Origin: Nitrospirota bacterium
GTDB taxonomy: Bacteria > Nitrospirota > UBA9217
Assembly (NCBI GenBank): GCA_963818475.1
Contig: CAWFSF010000005.1
Coordinates: 544,001-608,000 of the forward strand
Direction: 5' to 3'
DNA length: 64,000 bases
Part shown: positions 29,948 to 41,044 of the stretch, piece after piece
Layout of the letters: the number at the start of each line of letters is the position of its first letter
How positions within the stretch are numbered: the first letter of the stretch is position 1
The notes under the pieces: generated by a model
Databases searched by the model: none
What the model saw: the letters and a program-made list of their open reading frames with translations, nothing else
Told to the model about the DNA's origin: nothing
Position numbers and translations under genes: made by a program

Positions 29948-30497
29948 TCCCCCCCTTAGTTTCCCATTTTTCCAAATGGGATGATGGCAGTCTCATCATC
30001 GTTAAAGCTTCAATTCAAGATTACCGTGAACAACGTGAACAATAGGACCAAAGTATTTTCCCACGCTGTTTTTCAATATCTGCACAGCTGGATCTATAAG
30101 CGAGTGCGGTAAATGATCGAACCTAAAGTATTAAGATGGGGCATAATAACGAAACCCGCCGAGCCCTGTCAACGTGAAGTTCTAATTACAACACATACAA
30201 AGCGATAACTTTAGGGGTGAGGAGGGATATAGTTGCGGAGTATATAAACAATATTGCCTCGCAGGAAGTTCTTTGCCTTCCTTGCGAGGAGTGGAACAAC
30301 GCGGCAGCCTGCTTTCAACGTGTTGAAAAGTCGAACGTCTTATTGTTTACATTTTCACATATTCACCAAATCAGAACGCGGAAGGAGTTTTGCTATGGCG
30401 GTGAAAAATTGCCCTTATGCCAAAAGGAAGGAGTTGTTTTTGTGCGGTTGACGAGTTGGTAATCCGCCGGATGAAGCGAGACTTCCCGTCTGCCCGA

Positions 30498-31385
30498 TCA
30501 GGACCGCCGCTGTCCGAGCACGACCAGTGCCACGCCCGCTACGATGACCAGCATGGCCGTGATGCCCTGCCTGCCGATCCGCTCGTCCAGGACCCAGACG
30601 CCGAGCGCAACGGCAATGACCGGATTCACATATGCATAGCTCGTGGCGAGGGCCGGCCGCACCCTGGTCAGCAAATACACATAAGCGGTAAAACCGATGA
30701 GCGAGCCGACAACGGCGAGGTACAGGACCGCACCGATTGAACGCCAGGTGGGAATAACGAGGAATTGTTCGCCGCTCATGGCGCTGACAACGAGGACGAT
30801 CGCCCCGCCGCAGATCATCTGTGCCGCGCCTGCCATCTGCCCCTGGGGAAGCGAGATCTGCCTGCTCCAGACCGAACCGAAGGCCCACGACAGTGCGGCC
30901 AGAACCAGGGCAGCAAACCCCAGGAGGCTGGCCTGCAGATCGCCCTCCAGGTTCAACAGCGCGATGCCGAAAAGCCCGAGCAGCAGCCCCGCCCATTCAA
31001 AACGACCGGGCCATTCCTTCCAGATGCCGGCGAACAGCACGGCCCAGAGCGGCGTTGTGGCGATCACAAGCGCTGCAAGGCCCGAACCCACCCACTGTTC
31101 TGCATAGGCAACAAAGGCGCTTCCGCCGAGGAACAGGAATCCGCCGATCACGGCTGCATTGCCCCACTGCCGTCTTGTCGGAGCAGGCGTCCCGCGCAGA
31201 CGGAGCACGGCGTAGAACCCGATGCCGACCAGGAAGAAGCGGATGCCCATCAGGAAGAAGGGCGGCAGCTCCTGCAAGGCGATGCGGATGGCAAGGTAGG
31301 TGGATCCCCAGGAGAGGTATACGGCGAGGAGCGCTGCAATGATGCCGGTCCGCGTTCCCTCGGGCTTGAAGGTTGTATCGTTCAT
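30498..31385 (-). CDS. EamA/DMT transporter, YedA-like
   Basis: WGSTYLAIR, SYAYVNPVIAV, about 10 TM. Confidence 0.9.
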   Translation of the reverse strand: MNDTTFKPEGTRTGIIAALLAVYLSWGSTYLAIRIALQELPPFFLMGIRFFLVGIGFYAVLRLRGTPAPTRRQWGNAAVIGGFLFLGGSAFVAYAEQWVGSGLAALVIATTPLWAVLFAGIWKEWPGRFEWAGLLLGLFGIALLNLEGDLQASLLGFAALVLAALSWAFGSVWSRQISLPQGQMAGAAQMICGGAIVLVVSAMSGEQFLVIPTWRSIGAVLYLAVVGSLIGFTAYVYLLTRVRPALATSYAYVNPVIAVALGVWVLDERIGRQGITAMLVIVAGVALVVLGQRRS

Positions 31386-31407
31386 TTGTAATTGCTCAAG
31401 TCAGCAT

Positions 31408-31672
31408 ATTATCCGCTGATTGCGCGGATTTCACAGATTGAAGCAAACATGTTGTATCCGCAAGAAATAAAAAAGCCGTCTTTGCGAGCGGAGCGAAGCA
31501 ATCTCGTAGTTCGTATCTGCCTGATAAACGGAGATTGCCGCGTCGCTTCGCTCCTCGTAATGACAAAAATGGAGACTTCTTACGAAACCATAAAACCTGA
31601 ATTATGTTTTTTAAATCTGCGTCGCTTAGAAGCGCCTACTTTTGGCCATCTGCGGAATCTGCGGATAAAAGG
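31408..31672. repeat. Composite nested repeat: 9-mer palindrome enclosing a REP-like doublet
   Basis: Outer arms tatccgctgatt.../...atctgcggata; inner gtctttgcgagc...gaagcaatctc ... gagattgc...ctcgtaatgac at 31478-31565. Confidence 0.75.
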
Positions 31673-31692
31673 ATTTTTTTGTGCAACGCCCT

Positions 31693-32967
31693 TCACACCC
31701 GCTTCATCCGTTCGAGAATCTCGTTCCGCTCCTTGTCCTCGAAGATCCGCACCTTCCCGTACTCGCCGTCATATCCCGGCGCGATATGGACCGTGCCTGC
31801 ACGCATGCGCGCTGATGGCCTCGCGGATGAGCAAGGTGCCTGCCCGTTCGATATCGTCGAGCGGAGCATGGAGCAGGATCTTGAACTCATTTCCGAGCTG
31901 TTCGAGCAGCGGGAAGTACAGCGCCTTCACCTTCTTGGTGTTCACGCCGCACTGCAGACCCTCGGCAATGATGTCGGGCAGGGGAATGATGGATGCAAAG
32001 GACGGCGCGTTTTTGGGCTTGAAGCCGGGCTCCCGGTCCGCCAGCTTCTCCACACGATGCATAACGCCGATGGTCAGCTTCTTGTTGCAGACCGGGCAGA
32101 GATTATCATATTTGATCGTCTCCTTCGGCGTGAGGCTTACGCCGCAGTCCCGGTGGCCGTCGTAATGGTACTTGCCCTCTTCAGGAAAGAACTCGATGGT
32201 GCCGGCAAAACCCTTTTTCGTCCTGATGGCGGACATCATCGCGGCATAGGAGATGTCCGTGTTGAAGATGTTCGCCTCGCGGCCGATCTTGGCCGCAGAG
32301 TGGGCGTCGGAGTTCGAGACGAGCGTGATGTTGTCCAGTGACGAGAGGCGCCAGTTCATGAGCGGGTCCGAGGACAGGCCGGTCTCGATGGCGTGAATAT
32401 TCGGCGTAAGCTCTTCGTAGCATTCCTCGAAGGGAATCGAAGCCCGAGGCGGCGCCGAGAACCGAGAAGTGCGGCGTCCAGGCATGAGCAGGAATGTAAA
32501 GGTTCTCGAGCGAAGCATCCAGGGTCAGCTGGAGCAGTTTTTTCGCATCGAGCCCCAGGATCGGCCTGCCGTCGGACTTGAGATTGCCGATCCTGGTCAG
32601 CGATGAGATTCAATCGTTCAGCAGCTGCAAAGTCCGGCGCGAGAATGACCGAGTGGACCTTCCGGGTCTTTCCGTTCTTGCTGTAGATGCAGCTGATCTC
32701 TGCCGAGAGGATGAAGTAGACCTCGGCCTTGCATGACTCCGGAACATCGTCGGTCTGAAATTTTTTCCGGAGCGTGAACAGGCCGTTGCCGGCCGGCTCG
32801 AGCTTCTCTTTCAGCTCCTTGAGCCACTGGGGATGCGTGAAGTCGCCGGTTGCGATGACCGTGATGCCCTTGAGCTGCGCCCATTTCCAGATGCCTTCGG
32901 GAGACATGTCTTTGCTCGTGGCGCGGGAATAATGGGAATGGACGTGGAGGTCTGCTATGAATTGCAT
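31693..32967 (-). CDS. PHP-domain endonuclease Q family protein (split by indels)
   Basis: ADLHVHSHYSRATS, ETGLSSD, SNSDAHS, GKYHYDGHRDC, CPVC, GYDGEYG. Confidence 0.85.
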
Positions 32968-33182
32968 GGCGGGGATTATAGCATTATCTCCTCAGCGGAG
33001 AAATAGAATTATGCATATTACCAAACCAGCAGGGCTATCTATCCGACTATTATACGCATTTTCGGTTTTTCCCTGCTGCATGACCTTGCAAATTTTACTG
33101 TCTCAGGCCTTCATTCTCTATTGCCAAACCAGTGCCATAGATTTATAATGCGGCGTCAATTTTGACAAGGGGGATCCGGCGG

Positions 33183-34181
33183 GTGAACAAAAAAGCAGTG
33201 GCTCTCATCTCGGGCGGCCTGGACAGCATCTTGGCCGCAAAGGTCGTCATGGACCAGGGCTTTGATATCATCGGGCTCTACTGTACGTCGGCCTTTTCCA
33301 AAAGCTACGGGAACGAGCAGGAGACCCATGCGGTCAAGGTGTCACGGGCACTCGGGATCGACCTTCGCATCTTCGACATGGGGCAGGAGTACATCGAACT
33401 CGTGCGCCGGCCTGCGCACGGATACGGCAAGAACACCAATCCCTGCATCGACTGCAAGATCTTCATGCTGAAAAAAGCACGGAGCCTCATGGATGACGTG
33501 GGAGCCCCCTTCGTGGTCACCGGCGAGGTGCTGGGGCAGCGGCCCATGTCGCAGCGCCGCGACACCCTGCAGGTGATCGAGCGGGATGCCGACATGCGCG
33601 GCCTGATCCTGCGGCCCCTTTCCGCCACGCTCTTGCCGCCCACCAAAGCGGAGCTGGCCGGCCAGATCGACCGGGAAAAGCTGCTCAGCATCAGCGGCCG
33701 CTCCCGGAACGTGCAGCTGCGGCTTGCCGAGCGGTACGGCATCCGCGGCTACTCGGCGCCTGCGGGCGGCTGCCTGCTCACGGACAAGAACTTTTCCGAC
33801 AAACTGCGGGACCTTTTTGAGGACAAGGCGGCCATTGACCCGAACGATATCCGGCTGCTCACCGTGGGCCGCCACTTCAGGATCGACACCGGCGTCAAGA
33901 TCGTCGTGGGCCGCGACAATGCAGAGAACAACGTCCTGCTCTCGCTTGCACCGCACGGCTACCATCTGTTCACACCGCATGATTTTTCAGGACCGGTGGC
34001 GCTTTTGAGCGGCACGCCTACGCCGGACCTCAAACAGGCCGTCGGCAGGCTCATGATCACCTACAGCAAGCAGGTGCCGGGCCAGACCAGGCGCATCCAG
34101 TTCGCCAATGAGGTCTTCGACCCGGGCGATCCGCTGCCGATATCAACGGTCGGCATGAGACGGGTCGGCGCGGACAGTTAA
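33183..34181 (+). CDS. PP-loop tRNA thiouridylase-like protein (ThiI/MnmA-like, no THUMP domain)
   Basis: SGGLDS, NPCIDC, TGEVLGQRPMSQ, AGGCLLT. Confidence 0.8.
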   Translation: MNKKAVALISGGLDSILAAKVVMDQGFDIIGLYCTSAFSKSYGNEQETHAVKVSRALGIDLRIFDMGQEYIELVRRPAHGYGKNTNPCIDCKIFMLKKARSLMDDVGAPFVVTGEVLGQRPMSQRRDTLQVIERDADMRGLILRPLSATLLPPTKAELAGQIDREKLLSISGRSRNVQLRLAERYGIRGYSAPAGGCLLTDKNFSDKLRDLFEDKAAIDPNDIRLLTVGRHFRIDTGVKIVVGRDNAENNVLLSLAPHGYHLFTPHDFSGPVALLSGTPTPDLKQAVGRLMITYSKQVPGQTRRIQFANEVFDPGDPLPISTVGMRRVGADS

Positions 34182-34246
34182 GCTGCGCTGCCGTTTTTTT
34201 CCTCTTTGCTTTCCTCCTCATAACGGAACTGCTCAGGTCAGTATCC

Positions 34247-34336
34247 TATCCGCAGATTTCGCTGATTTCACCGATTAAAACAGGCCAGACTTGTGTTTCT
34301 AAGATCTGCGGACATCTGAGAAATCTGCGGATAAAA
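34247..34336. repeat. 9-mer palindromic intergenic element
   Basis: tatccgcagatttcgctgatttcaccgatt ... atctgcggacatctgagaaatctgcggata. Confidence 0.7.
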
Positions 34337-34465
34337 AGTTTTTTCTTCTGCTCTGTGCGGCTGAATCTTCTTTTTTTAGATTCCTGTGTTAACAATTCGC
34401 CTCCCCCGCCGTTGCAGCTCCTTCAAACGTGATAAAATAAGAATGAGAACGATCGTCCCTCAGGG

Positions 34466-35578
34466 ATGATCGTGATCAGGATGGAGGAAACCATGCCCCG
34501 GCTGACCATCATGGCTCTCACCGAATATCTTGCGGCCCTCTATGCCGCACCTGTGCGCGTCATCTCGATGACAAGCCATGGCGCTCAGGAGGAGGGCGAC
34601 GATCTTAAGGGCTTCGGATATGGAGCGCCTCTTTTTCTGGAGTATGAGCTCTCCGGCGAACGAAAAAGGGCGGTGCTCGAAACCATGGCCCCTTCCTCCT
34701 ACGGCCATGACCACTTTTCCGACCGGGCCCAGGCCATTCTCTGGGAGCATGCCTCGTTCAACAACCTGCTCCGCCATGTGCGTTCTATTGACTGCGGTGC
34801 TTTTCTGCATTCCGGCAGGATCATTTCGACCGGGAAAGCCGAGGAGTTCTTCCTGCTCACGGAATTTGTGGAGGGAAAGGGGTACTTTAAGGACCTGGAG
34901 CGGATCAGGGACTCAGGTATTGCTGCGGACGGGGATCTCGACCGTACGCTGGCGCTCGCCGATTACCTTGCGGCTGTCCATGCGGAACGGCTCGACGCCC
35001 CCTCTCTTTATACACGGCGCATCCGCGAGCTCATGGGCCACGGTGAATGCATCATGGGGATGATCGACAACTATCCTTCCCAGTTCGAATTTATCACGCA
35101 ACCGCTGCTCAAAGAGATAGAGGTTGCGTGCAACGAATGGCGCTGGCGCATCAAGGGCCGCACCCATCGCCTCTGCAAAGTGCATGGCGATTTTCACCCC
35201 TGGAACATCCTGTTCCGTGCCGGCACGGACTTCACGGTCCTGGACCGGTCGCGGGGAGAATGGGGTGAAGCTGCCGATGACGTGGCGACCATGACGATCA
35301 ACTATCTGTTCTTCTCGCTCCAGCGCTCCGGCAGGCTTGAAGGGGAGTTTGAGAAGCTTTTCAGCCTGTTCTGGGACCGCTACCTCGCGAAGACCAATGA
35401 CCGGGAACTGCTCGAGGTCATTGCCCCGTTCTTTGCCTGGCGGGGCCTCGTGATCGCCAGCCCAGTATGGTATCCGCACCTGCCCACGGACGTACGGAAA
35501 ACGATCTTCAACTTCATCGGGAACGTGCTCAAGGCTGATCGATTCGATCCCGCCCACATGAAGAGGTATCTCGCATGA
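34466..35578 (+). CDS. APH/choline kinase-family phosphotransferase
   Basis: HGDFHPWN Brenner motif followed by VLD. Confidence 0.8.
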   Translation: MIVIRMEETMPRLTIMALTEYLAALYAAPVRVISMTSHGAQEEGDDLKGFGYGAPLFLEYELSGERKRAVLETMAPSSYGHDHFSDRAQAILWEHASFNNLLRHVRSIDCGAFLHSGRIISTGKAEEFFLLTEFVEGKGYFKDLERIRDSGIAADGDLDRTLALADYLAAVHAERLDAPSLYTRRIRELMGHGECIMGMIDNYPSQFEFITQPLLKEIEVACNEWRWRIKGRTHRLCKVHGDFHPWNILFRAGTDFTVLDRSRGEWGEAADDVATMTINYLFFSLQRSGRLEGEFEKLFSLFWDRYLAKTNDRELLEVIAPFFAWRGLVIASPVWYPHLPTDVRKTIFNFIGNVLKADRFDPAHMKRYLA

Positions 35579-36102
35579 GCGAACAGGAAGGCTTTGCCAT
35601 ATGGCTGACCGGCATTCCCGCGTCGGGCAAGAGTTCCATAACCAGGGAACTGGTGAAGCAGCTCCGTGCCAGCCGCGTGTCGGTGGTCGTGCTCGAGTCG
35701 GACGAGATGAGGAAGATCCTTACGCCCGCGCCGACCTACAGCGATGAGGAGCGCAGCCGGTTCTATCGCGCGCTGGCGCTGATCGGCGCCTTGCTCACCC
35801 GAAGCGGGATCAATGTGATCTTCGATGCAACGGCCAACAAACGTGCATACCGGGATCAGGCGCGGCAGGCCATCAATAAATTTCTCGAGGTTTACGTGGT
35901 CTGCCCGCAGGATATCTGCGTAAAGCGGGACCCGAAAGGCATCTATGCGCAGGCGGCGTTGAAAACTGCAACCAACGTGCCCGGGATCCAGGCTGCCTAT
36001 GAACCTCCCGTAAGCCCCGACCTGACGCTCGACGGACAGGCGCTGCCCGCTTTGGAAGCTTCCAGGATCATGGATACCCTGAAACAGCGATTATATATAT
36101 AA
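35575..36102 (+). CDS. Adenylyl-sulfate kinase-like P-loop kinase
   Basis: WLTGIPASGKS, RDPKGIY, PGIQAAYEPP; ATGA overlap with the upstream gene. Confidence 0.8.
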   Translation: MSEQEGFAIWLTGIPASGKSSITRELVKQLRASRVSVVVLESDEMRKILTPAPTYSDEERSRFYRALALIGALLTRSGINVIFDATANKRAYRDQARQAINKFLEVYVVCPQDICVKRDPKGIYAQAALKTATNVPGIQAAYEPPVSPDLTLDGQALPALEASRIMDTLKQRLYI

Positions 36103-36171
36103 ACAGTTCTTTCCGCCCTATTTGTGAAACTCATTTGACTGCCCACGGTGCATTCTATACAATGTTTGATT

Positions 36172-36618
36172 ATGGGCAAAAAAGTAACGTACGAGCGCTG
36201 GATAAACCTTTTTCTTCCTGATGGATGGCAGGAACGGGAGGAAATGGGATTTGTACTCCTGGAAAAAGACGGCTGGCCTGGCATGCTGCAACTTTCCTTC
36301 ATTGAGCGGGAGGAGGCATCGCTTCCCCCGGCTGATGCTGCGAGAATGCTGCTTGAAGACACCCTCGAGGAGCGGGACATCCCCTTTCCCCGGGAGGCGG
36401 TAAAGGTGGAAGACCGCGGCAACATGGCTGTCGCCATGATCGACTATACCTTTAAAGACAAAGAAACTCCCTCACACTGGAGGATCTGGTTCCTGGTGGA
36501 CCGCACGCGAGCGCTTCTTGCAGCCTATGTCAGCAATCCCGAGCACGACACACCCTCTCTTGCCGAGGCAACCAGCATTGTTGCCGATATCGAGTTCATC
36601 CCGGCAACGAACGCGTAG
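36172..36618 (+). CDS. Hypothetical protein (possibly DUF3805/PsbP-like fold)
   Basis: LFLPDGW...GMLQLS...WRIWFL; preceded by TTGACT-17-TACAAT. Confidence 0.55.
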   Translation: MGKKVTYERWINLFLPDGWQEREEMGFVLLEKDGWPGMLQLSFIEREEASLPPADAARMLLEDTLEERDIPFPREAVKVEDRGNMAVAMIDYTFKDKETPSHWRIWFLVDRTRALLAAYVSNPEHDTPSLAEATSIVADIEFIPATNA

Positions 36619-36619
36619 A

Positions 36620-37976
36620 TTATACGTACTCCCTCAGCATTTTGCTCCTGGCAGGGTGGCGCAGCTTCTTGAGCGCCTTGATCTCTATCTGCCGGATGCG
36701 CTCCCTCGTCAGGTTGAAGAACTTTCCCACCTCTTCAAGCGTATGCTCGCTGCCGACCCCGATGCCGAACCGCATCCTGATGATCTTTTCTTCCCGCTCT
36801 GACAGCGAAGCCAGCACCTCCTCAATGCGGTTGGACGCTTCGCTGTTCTCAAGGATCTTGAACGGCGAAACTGACTTTGTCGTCGATAATGACGTCTTTC
36901 AGCTCTTTTTCTTCCGACAGGATCGGCGTCTCGAGCGATACCGGCTCCTGGATGGCGCGCAGGATCTCGTTCACCCTGACCACGGACAGCCCCATGATCT
37001 TCGAAACTTCCTCAGGAGCAGGTTCCCGTCCCTTCTCCCGCATGAACTTGGCATAGATGCGACTGATGCGGGTGCTCTCTTCGATCAGGTGTACCGGCAG
37101 CCGTATGGTCCGCGCCTGATCGAGGATCGCCCGGGTGATCCGCTGCCGTATCCACCAGGTCGAATAGGTGCTGAATTTGGTGCCCTTCCCCGACTCGTAC
37201 CGGTCGGCAGATTTCATGAGCCCGATATTGCCTTCCTGGATCAGGTCGAGCAGGGTCAGTCCCCGGTTCACATACTTCTTCGCGATCGAGACCACAAGCC
37301 TCAGATTGGCCTTGACGAGCTCATCCTTGGCCAGTTTGGCCTTGTCCTCTTCGGCCTCGATCCGCCGGACCATATCCCGTATGATCTCTTCATCCAGCCC
37401 GAGCCGCTCCCCCTCATTGCTGATGCCCCGCTCCACCTGCTTGCCGATAAAGAGGAGCTTTTTGATCATTTTTTCGATCTCGCGGTAGGATAGGCTCATC
37501 TGATTGAGCGTCGCCGTCGCGCGCGCTATATCGCGCTTTGCGATTTGCCGCTTGAGACGGTTGTACTGCCGCATGAAATCGGCCTCATAGGAATCCCTCC
37601 ACTCACCGGGGTATCGGAGAACGTCCTGCGCCTTCACCAGCCCCTGTTTTATATTGGTGCCGATCGCAAGTACGCGGGGTATGGCAAGCGGAGAGTTCAA
37701 GGCTATCTCCTTGAGCGAAGACTTTCCCTCCTCGAGCAGGCGAACATACTGCTGTTCCTCTTCGATCTTGAGCATGGGAAACTTGCCTACGTTCTTAAGA
37801 TAGGTGTCGACAAGGTCAGCTCCTCCGACCTCCTCAGCAGCTTCCGCCACCTCAACGGGAGTTGGTTCTTCCTCCTCCTCTTCCTCCGCAAACTCTTCGG
37901 CAAGGTCTTCCAATATATCTTCTGGCATCCCTTCGGGATAGCCTGTTTTTTCCTCTGATAAAGCGCTCTTGCTCAT
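36620..37976 (-). CDS. RpoD-like sigma-70 factor without region 1.1 (indel near 36870)
   Basis: [44 protein letters not shown]. Confidence 0.9.
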
Positions 37977-38187
37977 GGCCGCCGCCTTTCCTTCTCTGTT
38001 TCAATTATATCAGAACCGCTCTACCGCGTCAAACTCTAATTCTAGTATCAGGTGATATAACTAGGCGCAGATTATGCACTTTGATCGACGCTCTATGCAT
38101 TTTAAGAGCCCGCCCCCTCTATGCGGCGAAAGTCCGCAATAAATTCTCCTGCACCAAAACACGGTTTTATGTTATAGTTGTCGCACT

Positions 38188-39165
38188 ATGGACATGTTCT
38201 CCATACTCTTCCCGGTATCGGGCGTCACCACCCCGGTATTCCTTCCGCCGCTTGTTGCGCTGCTTGTTTCGGCATGCACTTCCCTGGCGGGCGTGTCCGG
38301 TGCCTTTATCCTGCTGCCGTTCCAGATGAGCGTTCTCGGCTTCACCAGCCCGGCTGTCAGTGCCACGAACTTTGTTTACAACATTGTTGCCATACCGAGC
38401 GGTGTATATCGTTATTTCAAGGAAGGCCGCATGGCCTGGCCGCTCACGTGGATCGTGATCGCAGGCACGCTGCCTGGAGTGTTCATCGGGTATTACCTGA
38501 GGATATACTATCTGCCTGACCCGCGCACCTTCAAGCTCTTTGTGGGGTGCGTGCTCCTTTATATTGGAGGACGCCTCCTCTACGAGATCTCGGGCGCAGC
38601 GCAGGCGGGCAAAAACAGGCTGAACGAACTGGACCGGAAATTCGCTGAACGAAGCAGGCTCCTGAAGAAACAGCAGCATTCACGAACGGCCGCAGGCCTG
38701 CCCCCCGAGGCCGTGGTCAAGACCGTACAGGTAAGCCTTGCCCGGATAGAATACGAATTCTGGGGTGAACGCTTTGGCTTCAGTGTCCCGGCCATGTTCC
38801 TGCTCTCTTTTATCGTCGGCATCATCGGCGGGACCTATGGCATAGGCGGCGGGGCGATCATCGCGCCCTTCTGCGTGGCTGTGTTCCATCTGCCGGTCTA
38901 CACCGTCGCCGGCGCCGCGCTGCTCGGAACGTTCCTGACCTCGGTCGCCGGGGTGATCTTCTACAGCTTCCTGCCGGCGATGAACGGCCTTCCCACATCG
39001 CCGGACTGGGCGCTCGGCTTTCTCTTCGGCATCGGCGGCTTTGCAGGCATGTATATCGGCGCCCGACTCCAGAAATATGTCCCCCAAAGGACCATCAAGG
39101 TCCTGCTCGGTCTGATGATTCTTTCCCTCGCTCTGCGGTATATACAACAATATTTCATCGCCTGA
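38188..39165 (+). CDS. TauE/SafE family sulfite exporter
   Basis: GVSGAFILLP and GIGGGAIIAP repeats, multiple TM segments. Confidence 0.85.
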   Translation: MDMFSILFPVSGVTTPVFLPPLVALLVSACTSLAGVSGAFILLPFQMSVLGFTSPAVSATNFVYNIVAIPSGVYRYFKEGRMAWPLTWIVIAGTLPGVFIGYYLRIYYLPDPRTFKLFVGCVLLYIGGRLLYEISGAAQAGKNRLNELDRKFAERSRLLKKQQHSRTAAGLPPEAVVKTVQVSLARIEYEFWGERFGFSVPAMFLLSFIVGIIGGTYGIGGGAIIAPFCVAVFHLPVYTVAGAALLGTFLTSVAGVIFYSFLPAMNGLPTSPDWALGFLFGIGGFAGMYIGARLQKYVPQRTIKVLLGLMILSLALRYIQQYFIA

Positions 39166-39447
39166 CGCAGAGTCAACCACGCATAGACAGATCGGGCCAG
39201 GATATATCGGATCACGTTCCAGAATAGTGCGGGACAGGCGGATCACTTCGACGTTGAGAGAGGCTGGGGTGACCAGGCGGCTTTTTTGTTGCCTTCATCG
39301 TGCGCCGGAACGTCATGACGGATACCGGAGCGGTCCCGGGGGGCTGCACGCTGTTCTTGATAGTATCGTTCGATGATTGATCGCTGTCTTATCTTTTAAA
39401 CGGCAGGACTCTGCTCCCCAAAAAAGGACAGTTGAACGTTCAGGTCT

Positions 39448-40024
39448 TTATTTCAATCCCCTGCTGCCCGGCTTTATCGGCGCGCTGCCCGCCTTGCAGA
39501 GCGGGCACTCCTCAGCAGTGAACGAGGGCACTTCAAGCGTCACCAGCGACTTGTAGGGCACGCCGAGCTCTGCCTTGCCGCCGGACCGGTCAACGAGGCT
39601 TGCCGCGGCAACAACGACACCGCCCGCTTTTTTCACCACCTCGATCGTCTCCCTGGTCGATTTTCCGGTCGTGATCACGTCCTCCACGACCAGTATGCGC
39701 TCTCCCGGCTTGATGGTGAAGCCGCGACGGAGCGTCAGCTCTCCGTTCACGCGCTCGGCGAACAGCGCGCGCACGCCGAGGGCGCGGGCCGTCTCATGCG
39801 ATACGAACACCCCGCCCAGGGCCGGAGCGATCACGGCCTCGATCCTCGAAGTTCCTGAAATGCTCTGCAAGGGCGGCACAAAGCCTGGTGGCAATATCCG
39901 GCTGCTGAAGCACCAGCGCCGACTGCAGATAACGCTCACTGTGCAGGCCCGACGAAAGCAGAAAGTGGCCCGTCAGCAGCGCACCGGTCTTTTGGTAGAT
40001 GTCCAACACTTCTTCCTGGGTCAT
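39448..40024 (-). CDS. pyrE: Orotate phosphoribosyltransferase (indel)
   Basis: GHFLLSSGLHS, VVEDVITTGKS. Confidence 0.93.
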
Positions 40025-40247
40025 GCTCTGCAGATACCTCGCTTTTGTTCAATTTTAATGAAATAGTCATAAGACGTTTTTTTCCACAGAGTCACAGAGG
40101 ACACGGAAGAAAGCTCTAAATCATCAAGATGTTTTTTCTCTGTGTCGCTTAGACGGCGCCTACTTCGGCTCCGTGCCTGGTGATGGATTTTGACTTTTTA
40201 CAAAATGGTCAATTTTGACCTGATCCGGAAACGGCTTCTGTGCACGC

Positions 40248-41009
40248 TTACGGGGTCCCGGCTGTTGACCTGCCTCCTGCCGAAGCTCGCGGCAAGGAGA
40301 TCTCATCCAGAATTTTCTTCACGGCATCTCTCCGGTCCTCTGCCTTCAGCACCGGCCTTCCGACGACGATGTAATCGGCCCCGGCATGAACGGCTTCTGC
40401 CGGCGTCATGATCCGTTTTTGATCGTCCTTTGCAGCCCACACCGGCCGGACACCCGGCGTAAGGATCACGAACTCCCCCCGAATGCCCTTCCTCAGCATC
40501 TTGATCTCCTGCGGAGAGGCCACAACACCGTGCATACCGGCCCGCTGGGCAAGCCGCGCAAGATGGCCCACCTCCCGCTGGAGCGACCGGCTGATCTTCA
40601 GCTCTTTGCGCAGGCTTCGCTCATCCATGCTCGTCAGGATCGTGACGGCAAGAACGATCGGGCGGGGAAGGTGCAGCTTCTCCGCTGTTTCCGCCGCAGA
40701 CAGCGCCGCCGCCTTCATCATGTCCAGTCCCGCCCAGCGCATGGACGTTGAAGATGCTCACGCCGAGCTTCACCGCCTCTGCAGAGGCCTTCGCGACCGT
40801 GTTCGGAATGTCGTGGTATTTCAGGTCGAGAAAAACGCGGCCGCCCATGCCGATGATGCGGCGCACGATGTCCGGGCCGTAGGCGGTAAACAGCTGATGC
40901 CCCACCTTGAACATGCCGACGCTGGTCCTTCAGTTCACTGACAAGGCCGAGCGCTTCCCGGTCATCATCGACATCGAGGGCAAGAACGATCCGGTCAGAC
41001 GCAGTTCAT
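40248..41009 (-). CDS. pyrF: Orotidine-5'-phosphate decarboxylase (indels)
   Basis: [34 protein letters not shown]. Confidence 0.93.
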
Positions 41010-41044
41010 TTCCGCATTCCGCATTCCGCATTCCGCAATTTGTG

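Noticed and set aside
31392-32165. 257-aa plus-strand ORF
   Set aside because: Runs through repeat elements and antisense to the endonuclease Q gene; not protein-like
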